Shown: positions 45,192-55,409 of the stretch, piece after piece
Layout of the letters: each line of letters begins with the position of its first letter
Position numbering within the stretch: position 1 is the first letter of the stretch
From: a virus
Taxonomy: Duplodnaviria; Caudoviricetes
Virus record (IMG/VR): IMGVR_UViG_3300037400_003633
Coordinates: 22,560-86,559 of that record
DNA: 64,000 bases
Reading direction: 5' to 3' (one strand)
Program-made: the position numbers and the translations under genes
The notes under the pieces: model-generated
Databases searched by the model: none
The model's input: only the letters and a program-made list of their open reading frames with translations
What the model was told of the DNA's origin: nothing

Positions 45192-45809
45192 TTATTTAGA
45201 AGCAAATTTGGACTTCAGGAGTTGTTTTTCAATTTTCTGTGAGAATTCTGCCCAAGATATTGGTGTATAATTGTTGTTATCAACGCCAACATCATACTGT
45301 GTTGGAAATAGAGCCTTAAGTCTTTCAACATCCAGTCCTTTCTGGTTAGGACCGCTATGAACGTGCCCAAATGCCTGGTAAACTAGTCCTTTAGCGTCAC
45401 GATACGTGCCTCCATAACACAGGAATGGTACATGATTCAAATACACTCCTCTGCCTTCTACTCTAATCTTCATTTGGAAGGCAACGTGGTCGAATAGTTC
45501 CTGAGAGGCTGTTGGTGTCATGTTTTTCTCATCATGGTTTCCCTTAATGAGTATAATATGACCATTGAGCTGTTCCCTGATTTGTTTCCAAAATGGATAT
45601 CCACCCCAGGCGAAATCCCCAAGGTGGAACACAAGACCGTCTTCTGGGACTTTCTTGTTCCAGTTCTCTATGAGTTTATGGTTCATTTCCTCAACATTTT
45701 CAAACGGTCTGTTACAAAAACCAAGTATGTTTGCATGACCAAAATGGGTATCTGACGTGAAAAATATCTTAGAACCATCCTCAAATTTAAAATCTACACT
45801 TTCTTTCAT
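45192..45809 (-). CDS. calcineurin-like phosphoesterase
   Basis: SDTHFGH, HLGDFA, IKGNHD, FGHVHS. Confidence 0.9.
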   Translation of the reverse strand: MKESVDFKFEDGSKIFFTSDTHFGHANILGFCNRPFENVEEMNHKLIENWNKKVPEDGLVFHLGDFAWGGYPFWKQIREQLNGHIILIKGNHDEKNMTPTASQELFDHVAFQMKIRVEGRGVYLNHVPFLCYGGTYRDAKGLVYQAFGHVHSGPNQKGLDVERLKALFPTQYDVGVDNNNYTPISWAEFSQKIEKQLLKSKFASK

Positions 45810-45864
45810 TGTGCAAATATATCAATTTTCTCTTAAAAATACAAGTTATAAATATTAATTAATC

Positions 45865-46719
45865 TTAAAGTAGAATTTTCATGTCTTCTATGTTAAGCTG
45901 ATTGTATATAATTTCCATAGTGCCATCATTATATGTCACCTGTGCCCCCTTATTGTTTGTCAATTTAACATCAGTAATATTTTCCAATTCAATTGGGCTA
46001 TAAGTGAACATACATTTGGAAAGCATGAGCATGTCTAAAGCTGACATTGGTTCTATTTCATTCTCAGAACCATTTTCCAGTATTCTATTAAACTCTTTAT
46101 CCCTAATGGAGCAAGACTGTATGTAATTATCCATGAAAGTCTCCCATTTGAATATAAGAAATTGAAGTGTCCCATCGTTCACAATAACTTTATTCCAACA
46201 GTTATGCCAAGTCAATGATGTTTCGGATTCGTGGTTTGAAACGTTATCGAATGTTGTCCTGGTAACAAACCAACAATCACCGCCAAGTTCTTCAATTAGT
46301 TGTTTCTCATTTGGAAACCTCACATCATCTAGAACATAGTCGTACTGCGGGTCAATCATTTCTTTTATCCTGTTTACATGCCAGTCTTTGTTGTACTGCC
46401 TTATTAGGTCAGTACCTATGAATTGTAGCATTTCTCTGACATTATTAATGGTCTTGCCATAACATGTTTCTTTTACTGTCTCAAGTGGTATATCTGTTTC
46501 CTCTGCTAAGATTGTGCAGATATCATCACCTATGTATAAGCCAATATCAGTGTTTTCGTTTTTAGCTTTGTTTAGTCCATCGATAGATATATCCAATATA
46601 TCAGCGCATAACTGTTTAAGTGGTAGGGCAAAGTATAATTTTTTATACCCAAATCTCTCACAAACTTTAGCAAGCTCTGTTTTTCCAGACCTCATTCGTC
46701 CAGCAAATCCGATTATCAT
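45865..46719 (-). CDS. deoxynucleoside monophosphate kinase (T4 gp1-like)
   Basis: IIGFAGRMRSGKT, FALPLK, REMLQFIGTD, DDVRFPNE. Confidence 0.8.
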   Translation of the reverse strand: MIIGFAGRMRSGKTELAKVCERFGYKKLYFALPLKQLCADILDISIDGLNKAKNENTDIGLYIGDDICTILAEETDIPLETVKETCYGKTINNVREMLQFIGTDLIRQYNKDWHVNRIKEMIDPQYDYVLDDVRFPNEKQLIEELGGDCWFVTRTTFDNVSNHESETSLTWHNCWNKVIVNDGTLQFLIFKWETFMDNYIQSCSIRDKEFNRILENGSENEIEPMSALDMLMLSKCMFTYSPIELENITDVKLTNNKGAQVTYNDGTMEIIYNQLNIEDMKILL

Positions 46720-46720
46720 A

Positions 46721-47011
46721 TTATCTGTCTTTTAGGCACTGAGTTATTAAATCTACAAGGTCTTTCTCAGGTACGTTACCCATTAGCTTGTATATAGGCT
46801 CGTCATTTTCATCAAGCAAAATGGTTGTTGGAATTGACTTGACATCGAATTTTGCAATATCAACATCATGGTCTTCGTCATCATCAAGATGAATTGCTTC
46901 AAATGTGATTTCACTAAATTCATTCATTTCGCTAATTTTCTTAAATGTAGGAGCGAAGGCTCTGCATGGTGAACACCAGCTTGCAGAAAACTCTTTAATT
47001 CGTTTAAGCAT
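46721..47011 (-). CDS. trxA: thioredoxin
   Basis: FSASWCSPC active site, KSIPT cis-Pro motif. Confidence 0.85.
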   Translation of the reverse strand: MLKRIKEFSASWCSPCRAFAPTFKKISEMNEFSEITFEAIHLDDDEDHDVDIAKFDVKSIPTTILLDENDEPIYKLMGNVPEKDLVDLITQCLKDR

Positions 47012-48155
47012 ATATATTATCTATTAATTCTTTATTATTTTTTGTAATTTTTTCGCCCAAAAACATTTCGTATTTTGGTATATTTGAGAAATATATTAGT
47101 TTTATTTTATTATCTTTACACAATTTATTCTTTAGTAAATCTAACTTTTTCCTTTTTTCCAAGTTTTCAGTGTTCTTTTCAAACCTATATTTAGTAAAAT
47201 GTTGTTCTCCCTGACATTCAATCGCTATGTTGTGGTCTGGGAGGAAAAAGTCTAGATGTTGTTTCCCAAGCCAAGGAAAAATTTTATAATCAGCATGTTG
47301 AACAAAATTAATTGAATTTCTTTTTAACTCTTCACTTACTATGTTTTCTAATTTACTATTTCTACATATTGGACACCCGTTACCCTTTAAATGGTTATGT
47401 GGTTCTTGCCAAAATTCCCCATGCTTTGGACAGATTATTTTAACTTTCTCAAAAGCATTAACATATTCGACACCTGAATAGTCATATTTTTTTCCATGTA
47501 CTTTTTCAGATTCATCTATGAACTGTTTGACAGTTTTTCTGTGGCTATCAGTGCATTTTTTTAGTCCGCATTTAGGGCAACCATACCCATATAGATGGCA
47601 ACTAGGTTTTTGCCAAAATTCGCCATGCTCTAAACAAATAATACACACTTTTTCTTTTGCACTAATATATTCAACTTTCGAATAATCATATTTATCACCG
47701 TGAATTTTTCTAGCTTTTTCTATGAACTTTTTTGTATTCATACGTCTAGGTTTGTTTTCTAAATGGCATTTTTTACACCCTTCACCTTGCAAGTGTGAAT
47801 TTGCTTCTTGCCAAAATTCCCCATGCTTTGGACATATAATACAAACTTTTGTTTTAGAATTTATATATTCAACTTTCGAATAATTGTATTTATCACCGTG
47901 AATTTTTCTAGCTTTTTCTATGAATAACTCATTTGTTAATGTTCTAATTTTCTTCCTTTTATCAACGCAACATTCATTACACCCATTACCATTTAAATGA
48001 GAATTAGGAACTTGCCAAAATTCTCCATGTTCTGGACAAATAATACACACCTTTGTATGATTATTTATATAACTTATTTTGGAATAGTTGTATTTATCCC
48101 CATGAATTTCTTTAGCTTTTCTAATAAACAATTCAGTTGTTAATTTTTTACTCAT
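47004..48155 (-). mobile_element. free-standing homing endonuclease (four Zn-ribbon/DUF723-like repeats + PD-(D/E)XK nuclease)
   Basis: 4x F..KA..IHGDKY.YSK..Y.....KV.IIC..HGEFWQ....HL.G.GC..C; LDFFLPDHNIAIECQGEQHF. Confidence 0.8.
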
Positions 48156-48188
48156 ATCACACTATTTTTATTATAAATATAAGTAAAA

Positions 48189-48248
48189 TCATTTTATACA
48201 CCAGCTTGCAGAGAACTCTTTAACTTTCTTTACTTTATTCGTGTTCAT
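48189..48248 (-). pseudogene. orphaned 5' end of thioredoxin (MNTNKVKKVKEFSASWCIK*)
   Basis: translated by hand; matches KEFSASWC of 46721..47011. Confidence 0.8.
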
Positions 48249-50038
48249 ATTCTTAATCTTACCGTTTTTCTTTTCTTCAGTAAATCTGAGAAATTATTCA
48301 TTTTCCTAGTTGAGTTTATGTCAACAGTAGCACTTGTTGCAATCTTCTTTTCAATTTTAGTTGCGTTTCTTATTATTTCTGCTGCATTTGATTCGTTAAC
48401 TATAATTTTAGTGTTTTTGCCAAGGACCCTATTTACTTGTGTTTCAATGTTATTCAGAATTCTCACGTTGTTTACGTTTGATAAATCGTACTGTTCAAAA
48501 TCTTTCTCATCTATGAAACCAAGAATGTTTTTTGCTCTAGTATATGCAACGTACATTAAGTTTGTTTCCTGCCTTACCTCCCAGTCTTTCTTAGCTGACT
48601 TGCTAGGCATCAAAGAAGGGCATACAACATATACGTTATCAGCTTCTAATCCCTTTGCTTTATGTACAGTAGATAACGATACTCCTTCAGCTTTACTCTT
48701 CTTAGGGAAAATCTCAGTTATTTTATTAATTAGTTCGTCAGTTGTTTTTAATCCTTCTGATAGAACCTCCAATGCCTTTATTATATCAAGTTTATTTTCG
48801 AACATTGGTGTTTTCATTGCTGTCTGAGCATCTACAGCAGATTTTTCCATAATCTTGTTTCTAGTGGTGAATAGGTCATCATATAGTCTTACGAATAGTC
48901 CATCTTCCTTACAGTCCACATTTATAAGTTCTTTCCTGACTGACATTACTATACTCTTAAGGTTACTGCCAATATCCTTTCCACGAATTGTTGCTTTCTT
49001 ACCAAGCCTAAGGAATTCGTTGTATACCTGGATTAGTGGTGCATTATTCCTACATAGAATCATATCTCCGTCCTTTACGTCATCCAATGACACATTGAAA
49101 AGTATTTTTCCTTCCCTGGTGTCTTCGTCACTTGATTCAATCGTTGGTACAATCTTCTTTGCAAAATCAACTATATTTCTTGAACACCTATACGATATAC
49201 TTAGTGGAAGGCACTTGGTGTTTGGCATTGATTTAAGAATGTTGAACGATTCTGTATCAGCACCAGCAAAAGAGTATAATGTCTGGTTTGAGTCACCTAC
49301 AGATATAAGTCGTGTTCCCATCTTAAAACACTTCATAATAAGCTCTCTCTGGGCTTTATTCATGTCCTGGCACTCATCTACCATAATGTAATCGTAAAGT
49401 AGTCCTAGAGGCTTTAAATATAGAACGTGAGGAAGCCATATCATATCAGTGTAGTCAACCCCCTCCAGCTCTGTTTTGCCCCACTCCATTACCTTTATTG
49501 CAATATCCTTTTCGTCAGCAATTGTCTCAACGTCATATCTTTCCTCAATGAAATCAAGGTCTTTAACAGTCTGACATAGATAGTATCTTCCATAATCCAC
49601 ATATTTCTTTATATTGTCTACATAGTGGAAATATCTTCTGCCAGTAAGTCTTCTAGTGTCAATAGACGTATAATACTTAAGGTTGTTCTTGATATGAGAA
49701 TCGTATTTCAATGGGTCTGGCACAGAGTTGATATTTGGGTAATTCCTTTTCAGCATAGTAAGTCCAAGGCTATGCAAAGTTCTAACATCAACATTTTCAA
49801 ACCCCCTGGTTCTCTTTTCAAGTTCCTTAGTTATATCATTGTTGAAAGCGCAAAGCAAAACTTGTTTGTCGTTTGGTATAAGTTCAAGGCATTTTAATAG
49901 TGTAGTGGTCTTTCCACTACCAGCAGCAGCCTCTACAACAAGGTTTCCACTTTCATGCACTATGTAGTCATAGATTGCTTTTTGATATTTACTTGGAATA
50001 AATTCTTGTTTTTCAACTTCTTTTTTCTTCCTTGCCAT
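48245..50038 (-). CDS. UvrD/Rep-like superfamily I helicase
   Basis: AAAGSGKT, MVDECQD, VGDSNQTLYSFAGAD, LSISYRC, STVHKAKGLE, YVAYTRAK. Confidence 0.9.
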   Translation of the reverse strand: MARKKKEVEKQEFIPSKYQKAIYDYIVHESGNLVVEAAAGSGKTTTLLKCLELIPNDKQVLLCAFNNDITKELEKRTRGFENVDVRTLHSLGLTMLKRNYPNINSVPDPLKYDSHIKNNLKYYTSIDTRRLTGRRYFHYVDNIKKYVDYGRYYLCQTVKDLDFIEERYDVETIADEKDIAIKVMEWGKTELEGVDYTDMIWLPHVLYLKPLGLLYDYIMVDECQDMNKAQRELIMKCFKMGTRLISVGDSNQTLYSFAGADTESFNILKSMPNTKCLPLSISYRCSRNIVDFAKKIVPTIESSDEDTREGKILFNVSLDDVKDGDMILCRNNAPLIQVYNEFLRLGKKATIRGKDIGSNLKSIVMSVRKELINVDCKEDGLFVRLYDDLFTTRNKIMEKSAVDAQTAMKTPMFENKLDIIKALEVLSEGLKTTDELINKITEIFPKKSKAEGVSLSTVHKAKGLEADNVYVVCPSLMPSKSAKKDWEVRQETNLMYVAYTRAKNILGFIDEKDFEQYDLSNVNNVRILNNIETQVNRVLGKNTKIIVNESNAAEIIRNATKIEKKIATSATVDINSTRKMNNFSDLLKKRKTVRLRI

Positions 50039-50154
50039 GTTATTTTAATCATTTTTGCAAAGATATAAAAAAAATGTTAAAAAAACAAATTTTTGAACAA
50101 AATAAATGGACTAGAAACGAAGTCCTAGTCCATCTATTAATTTCCCTTGTAGGA

Positions 50155-50964
50155 TTACTCATCGAAGATGTCCTTCAAGAAACCACGCAGATGCGGGTTC
50201 TTGTCGAGGGTCTTCTTCAGCTTCTCCTTGAGCTGAACCACTGATGGGTCAACTGCAATTCCCTGAGGCTGTCCACCCTGCGCTGCGCCATTCTGAAGCT
50301 CGTTGAACTGTCTGTCCTTGTCCTCAAGGAAACGGACGAGCTGCTCACGGCTCACGTTGGCGAGGTCAATCTCGTTGTGCCACAGGTGCTGGCGAACAAT
50401 CTGAACGAGTTCCTCACGACCCATGTTGGCGAAAGGAGGGCGCTGCTGACCACCCATAGGAGGCATGCCAGGCATTGGCATTGCACCAGGCATAGGTGCT
50501 CCCTGACGGTTCTTAGGCCAAGGTCTGAACTGACCGTTAGCTGCACGAGGCTGCTGAACAGGTGCTGCTACAGGCTCAGGTGCTGGCTGACGATGGAAGT
50601 CATCGAAAATGCTAGGAGCTGGCTGTGCAGGGCGACCAGGACGATGCTGACCCATAGGAGGCATTGGTGCGCCACCAGGCATTGGGAATCCACCACCCAT
50701 AGCAGGAGCAAACTGAGACTCCTCTACTGGCTTAAGTTCCATAACGATACCGCTTGCAATCATCAGGATAGCAAAGGTCTTCATTGAAGGAACACCACCG
50801 TTAAGGATGTTGTTCAGCTCGTTGATGTCAATACCGAGGTCGTTAGCCATCTGAGGCAGAGAAATACCACTCTCGTTGCTGAACTCCCTAATCTTTGATG
50901 CGATGTCTCGCTTTGCCTGCTCAACCCATGCGTTAGCAGACTGGTGTAAAAGTTGCTTATTCAT
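50155..50964 (-). CDS. XRE-type HTH protein with long Pro/Gly/Met/Gln-rich disordered linker
   Basis: ISLPQMANDLGIDINELNNILNG; PMPGAMPMPGMPPMGG; start corrected to ATG 50964. Confidence 0.75.
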   Translation of the reverse strand: MNKQLLHQSANAWVEQAKRDIASKIREFSNESGISLPQMANDLGIDINELNNILNGGVPSMKTFAILMIASGIVMELKPVEESQFAPAMGGGFPMPGGAPMPPMGQHRPGRPAQPAPSIFDDFHRQPAPEPVAAPVQQPRAANGQFRPWPKNRQGAPMPGAMPMPGMPPMGGQQRPPFANMGREELVQIVRQHLWHNEIDLANVSREQLVRFLEDKDRQFNELQNGAAQGGQPQGIAVDPSVVQLKEKLKKTLDKNPHLRGFLKDIFDE

Positions 50965-51062
50965 CTTTTGATAGTTAAAAATGTTGTTTCTAAATTGTTT
51001 ACGGTGCAAAGATATATAAAAAAACTGGTATTTCCAAATCCTTTAACACTTTTTATACATTA

Positions 51063-52109
51063 TTATTCGTCTTCGTCAGAATTGTATTTTCTTTCTTTCC
51101 TCCTAAGTGTCTCAAGAATCTCCTCAAACACTGGTATAAGTCGTTTATAATCAACCTCCTGGGTGTGATAAGGAGAATAATTGAAGACCGTGTTGGTTCT
51201 CTCGAAGGTTTTCAGAAAATATACATAATTAACTGCAATTTCCTTCATTGGCTCTATACCTTTACCAATACCATTATAGAAGCAGTGGTCAAAATCGTCG
51301 ATATGAACGGTGTCATGAAGAATGCAGTGACTAGCGAAAAACAGGTACATGTTTTTTCTGTCAGCGTCTTTAACATCTAAGTCAAAATAAACAAGTCCCT
51401 CAGAACCGAATTGCAATGGGTTAACATTACCTATTTCGTCTTCATTATCCTTAATGAGCTTAACGGTAAAATCAAATGCTTCGTCTGGTGACACTGGTTT
51501 GTACCAAGACCATCCATCTGTATAACCATTTCTTCCAACTTCAACCATTTTATCATATACGGACTTGTGGTCAATGATTATAACAATGGATGTGTTATTG
51601 TACCTTTTTAACTCATATTGGTACATTTGGTCATATATCTTTTTAACACTTTCGTCCTCTCCTCCATGACGTGGTTCAAACTTTTTAGGCTCAAACCCAA
51701 AAAGATTCTTTAGCATTTTGATACCCTTCTCAAAATCTTCAACTGTTTCATAGTGAACCTTGTTTTCGCTTCTCTCTTCATTTTTGATTGCCTCAATCTG
51801 CTTTTCCATATATGATATTGACATACCACTATGGTCATGCATAAGGTTAGCGAAATCTTCAAGCGTCATACCAACTTTTTTAGTAAAATACTGGTGGTTG
51901 GCATCATCTATTACATCTTCTATAGACCCATAATCGTTGTATTTACCAAAGAAAGGCATGGCGATTGGTGTAAGTCCAATACCAGTAACATCAATAGGAG
52001 TACTATCAATTCTCTCATGCTGCGTATTAGCACAGACAAATAGAACAATATCATCACCATAAGTGATTGGTAGATGGCTGAAGAAGCCTGTTTTATTAAA
52101 GCATCCCAT
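51063..52109 (-). CDS. hypothetical protein
   Basis: ORF track. Confidence 0.8.
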   Translation of the reverse strand: MGCFNKTGFFSHLPITYGDDIVLFVCANTQHERIDSTPIDVTGIGLTPIAMPFFGKYNDYGSIEDVIDDANHQYFTKKVGMTLEDFANLMHDHSGMSISYMEKQIEAIKNEERSENKVHYETVEDFEKGIKMLKNLFGFEPKKFEPRHGGEDESVKKIYDQMYQYELKRYNNTSIVIIIDHKSVYDKMVEVGRNGYTDGWSWYKPVSPDEAFDFTVKLIKDNEDEIGNVNPLQFGSEGLVYFDLDVKDADRKNMYLFFASHCILHDTVHIDDFDHCFYNGIGKGIEPMKEIAVNYVYFLKTFERTNTVFNYSPYHTQEVDYKRLIPVFEEILETLRRKERKYNSDEDE

Positions 52110-53328
52110 AATACTTCTTTCTCATTTTAATTAATACATCGTTAATCAGGTCTACGTTTATTTTTTCTTTAATCGTAGATTCAGCAATAGCTTTATCAAG
52201 TTTTTTCTTATCCTCTTCGACAATTTCCATCAGTTCATCATATTCATACCTATGATTTCTGATGTTCATTAGGAATTCCTTGTCACCAGCCTTTTCCCTG
52301 TCAAGAATGATTCCATTTCCAGTAGCAATTTCATAACCCATATGAAGCAATCTAACAGTATGACACATGTTTTTTGAGTCATAGTTTTTATCGAGATTTG
52401 ATTCATAACGTTTTGGGTTACGGTTTTTCTCCCATTCCTTATACTCCTTGTATTTCTTACAATGGTCTTTAAATCCACTCTCGTTATATACCATATGGCA
52501 TAATGGTCTCTCTCCCTTTGATACAGAAGAACCACGCATATCAGTGGAATTTTCAAGGCACATTCCACGATAATGTTTTACTGCCTTATTTTCCTCGAAC
52601 CATTTTTCTCCAATAAAATCTTCGCATTCATCAACGTCACCAAATCCGTAGAAATTATATGCGAAATCATAATCCAACTCACTTTTCTTGAAGTCTTCGT
52701 ATGTCTTAATACCATTTGCTTCGAAGTGAGCGCCCCAATCATAGTATACACCATAGGTATCGTGCATGTTTGGAATATGAACAAGACCACAGAAGTCCTT
52801 GTTAAGCCCACGATTATCAAGCCAGTCCTTAATCTTGGTACTACCCTGTTTGTAGAAGGTATAAGCAAAATCAAACGGTGTGAGACGTTCATAAACTGGA
52901 TTCACAATTTTCTTATTGAGTCCACGTGCTTTGTGTATCTGCTGAATGGCATATCCGACAAATGGGTTAAAACACTGCTTTGTAATAAGCTCATTCCTAT
53001 TGGCGAATAGCTCATCCAAAACTGGGTGTGGCTTAACAACCATCTTGTCTTCTGGGATGAATAGAGACTCAAGAACTGTTGGGTTTGATTTCAATAACAA
53101 CCTACACAGCTCTCCAACCTCAAACCAGGTATTATCATGACGAGAATCAGACACCTGAGGCTGATAGTCAGCGCCAATTCCTAGTATTGAGTCTTTAGTG
53201 GCAATATATACACCAGATGTGTCTACATCAGATTCTGGTGTATTCAAATTATACAAATGACTTCCACGTACATATTCGTATAGAAGACGCTTGTCTTCTC
53301 TGATTTTATCGAAATTATTCATCTTCAA
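52096..53328 (-). CDS. Pol-beta superfamily nucleotidyltransferase (RlaP / NrdC.11-like)
   Basis: RGSHLYNLNTPESDVD..GVY; KSNPTVLESLF; KNMCHTVRLL. Confidence 0.8.
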   Translation of the reverse strand: MKMNNFDKIREDKRLLYEYVRGSHLYNLNTPESDVDTSGVYIATKDSILGIGADYQPQVSDSRHDNTWFEVGELCRLLLKSNPTVLESLFIPEDKMVVKPHPVLDELFANRNELITKQCFNPFVGYAIQQIHKARGLNKKIVNPVYERLTPFDFAYTFYKQGSTKIKDWLDNRGLNKDFCGLVHIPNMHDTYGVYYDWGAHFEANGIKTYEDFKKSELDYDFAYNFYGFGDVDECEDFIGEKWFEENKAVKHYRGMCLENSTDMRGSSVSKGERPLCHMVYNESGFKDHCKKYKEYKEWEKNRNPKRYESNLDKNYDSKNMCHTVRLLHMGYEIATGNGIILDREKAGDKEFLMNIRNHRYEYDELMEIVEEDKKKLDKAIAESTIKEKINVDLINDVLIKMRKKYYGML

Positions 53329-54115
53329 ATTTGATTAAATTTTCTACATAATCCCTATCTTCACCTTTGAGTATTGGCATGTTGTAGTCAATAACCCACT
53401 TATCATCTTTTTTAATAATAGCCGTACCACGTTTTTCAGGCACTGAGAGATTATTCCAGTTGATACTGAACTTTTCCATTAGCATATCTTGCATTTGGCT
53501 TGAGTTCTTTCCATGCAGTTCCTTATGAGAGAACTTTGACTGTGCCAGTGAAGAAATAGAGTTACGTGTGGCATCTAATGTGCGCCAAAGTATACAGTTT
53601 GTTACTTCCTCAACAGGGATATTGAACACACGTGCGTCGAACATTGCACCCTTGCTGATGGCTTTCTCATATACAGAGTTGAGTTTGCTTGTTTTCTCAT
53701 CAACTTCAACATTACCGAATGATTTAATAAACCATTTTGCATATGCTTTCTCAAATGCCTGATTGAAATATAGTGTACACATTGAAGCTGCCACAGAACA
53801 CATCTTCTGTACACTATAATCAAACCATGCATCAGTATTGATGTCGTTATAATCTACTAGAACAAGGGTAATTTCATCTGACTGTGTATAGCCGAACACA
53901 CAACCCTGTATCTCCTGGCAGAGCTTGAGGGTAGTATGCTGCATTGCCTGCATCATCACGTCATCAAACGGTTTATCGAACCCACGTGTGAACGTGTGGA
54001 ATGCCTTACCATCAAGTCGAATTACAACTGGCATGCGTCTAACGAGGTAGGTCTTAGCTCTGTCCTCGTAATTGTTTTTCATCCTGTCCCCCAGGCTATC
54101 TTTTTTATTTGCCAT
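53315..54115 (-). CDS. tRNA(His) guanylyltransferase Thg1-like protein
   Basis: RLDGKAFHTFT, YTQSDEI, FDARVF, DATRNSI. Confidence 0.9.
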   Translation of the reverse strand: MANKKDSLGDRMKNNYEDRAKTYLVRRMPVVIRLDGKAFHTFTRGFDKPFDDVMMQAMQHTTLKLCQEIQGCVFGYTQSDEITLVLVDYNDINTDAWFDYSVQKMCSVAASMCTLYFNQAFEKAYAKWFIKSFGNVEVDEKTSKLNSVYEKAISKGAMFDARVFNIPVEEVTNCILWRTLDATRNSISSLAQSKFSHKELHGKNSSQMQDMLMEKFSINWNNLSVPEKRGTAIIKKDDKWVIDYNMPILKGEDRDYVENLIKFEDE

Positions 54116-54761
54116 ATTTCTTTTTTATTATTAAAGTTGAATCACTATAATTTATTGAAACGTCACCAAGTTTTTTAAGCACTGCTTGACCAAACAATGG
54201 CATTGAATCTCCGCTAGTTTCTGCTGTACATTTAACTGAGTCCAGTTTTATACCACCTATCTCTATATTTTTGATTATATATACAGGACATTGATGCTCA
54301 GAGCCATCAGCATATACACAAGTTGCCATTTCAACATATTCATCCTTATCAATTATGCCCTGATGAATCATAAAAACCAATTCAGAACATCCAAGATGTA
54401 TATCTGAGCAACCAGTATCAAGCATGCAACGCATTTCAATGCCGTTGATTTTTGGCTTAATAAACATCATATTGTCCAGTATTTCAAGTTTTATTTTAAT
54501 TACATTATCATTCCCTGGACTGAATGATACTCTCTTTGGTATAGTATCCTCAACAATACAGGCTGCTGTATCCTTTTCAGCTAACTGTAACCCAAGTTTG
54601 TTAGCAATTTTGTTAGAAACGCTGTCTCTGTACTCACACAATTTGTCAACAGATTTATCGATAGCTGCTGAGCCACCAATAACTACTACAAATGCAACAC
54701 AACAAATGAGTATTAATCCTAGAAGTTTTAAAAAACAACCAAATTTATTTTTCTTTATCAT
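54105..54761 (-). CDS. membrane-anchored retropepsin-like aspartyl protease
   Basis: N-terminal TM; MLDTGCS; LFGQAVL. Confidence 0.75.
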   Translation of the reverse strand: MIKKNKFGCFLKLLGLILICCVAFVVVIGGSAAIDKSVDKLCEYRDSVSNKIANKLGLQLAEKDTAACIVEDTIPKRVSFSPGNDNVIKIKLEILDNMMFIKPKINGIEMRCMLDTGCSDIHLGCSELVFMIHQGIIDKDEYVEMATCVYADGSEHQCPVYIIKNIEIGGIKLDSVKCTAETSGDSMPLFGQAVLKKLGDVSINYSDSTLIIKKKYGK

Positions 54762-54993
54762 TTTCTATTAATTTTTTTAATGCTATTGTACAATGTGAAT
54801 ATCTCATATGACCCTTAGTTACAACCTTACCGTCCTTTAATGCTCTAAATTCGTGATGATGATATACTGAGCAATGATTATAGCAGGACTGTTCTATATA
54901 CTCTATGATGTATCCTTTGTATTTATATCTTCTTAAAACACCAGGTTCGCTCCAGGGTGTACATTCAAACCAGGGTGCTACTTTACCTTGCAT
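54745..54993 (-). CDS. hypothetical protein
   Basis: ORF track. Confidence 0.65.
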   Translation of the reverse strand: MQGKVAPWFECTPWSEPGVLRRYKYKGYIIEYIEQSCYNHCSVYHHHEFRALKDGKVVTKGHMRYSHCTIALKKLIENDKEK

Positions 54994-55352
54994 AATTCAC
55001 TGTTTAATGTTGCTTTAATCGACATACCGATGTTGTCTATTCCAATAATCATTCTGTCATACACATCTGGGTCTACCTCAGTTATCTCACCACTCAATAC
55101 TCTGTTTACAAAGTCCAACGATGCCATTGGTAGTTGGTTGATATTGTGTATAATCTGTGTATGACCACCATTGGCGTTTATGATTAGACACAGGCTTTCC
55201 ACCAACGGTGTATAGCCTTTGTATCCAACGCACTTCTGGAAGTTACCATCGTTAATCTTGTACACATGTCCTTTCTTGTACGTGTGCTTCTTGAACTCGT
55301 TCAGACTTATCATCTTGTCTATGCTTCGGATATACACATCATTTATTTTCAT
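54978..55352 (-). CDS. hypothetical protein
   Basis: ORF track. Confidence 0.75.
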   Translation of the reverse strand: MKINDVYIRSIDKMISLNEFKKHTYKKGHVYKINDGNFQKCVGYKGYTPLVESLCLIINANGGHTQIIHNINQLPMASLDFVNRVLSGEITEVDPDVYDRMIIGIDNIGMSIKATLNSELCKVK

Positions 55353-55409
55353 ATCTTACTTTATATTTGTATTGTGCCATAAATTTTGGTAATTATATAC
55401 TATTTGACC

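Noticed and set aside
47004-48248. Group I intron in thioredoxin
   Set aside because: The downstream part has its own start and a complete WCSPC site, and almost no room is left for intron core helices around the endonuclease ORF; not formally excluded without RT-PCR
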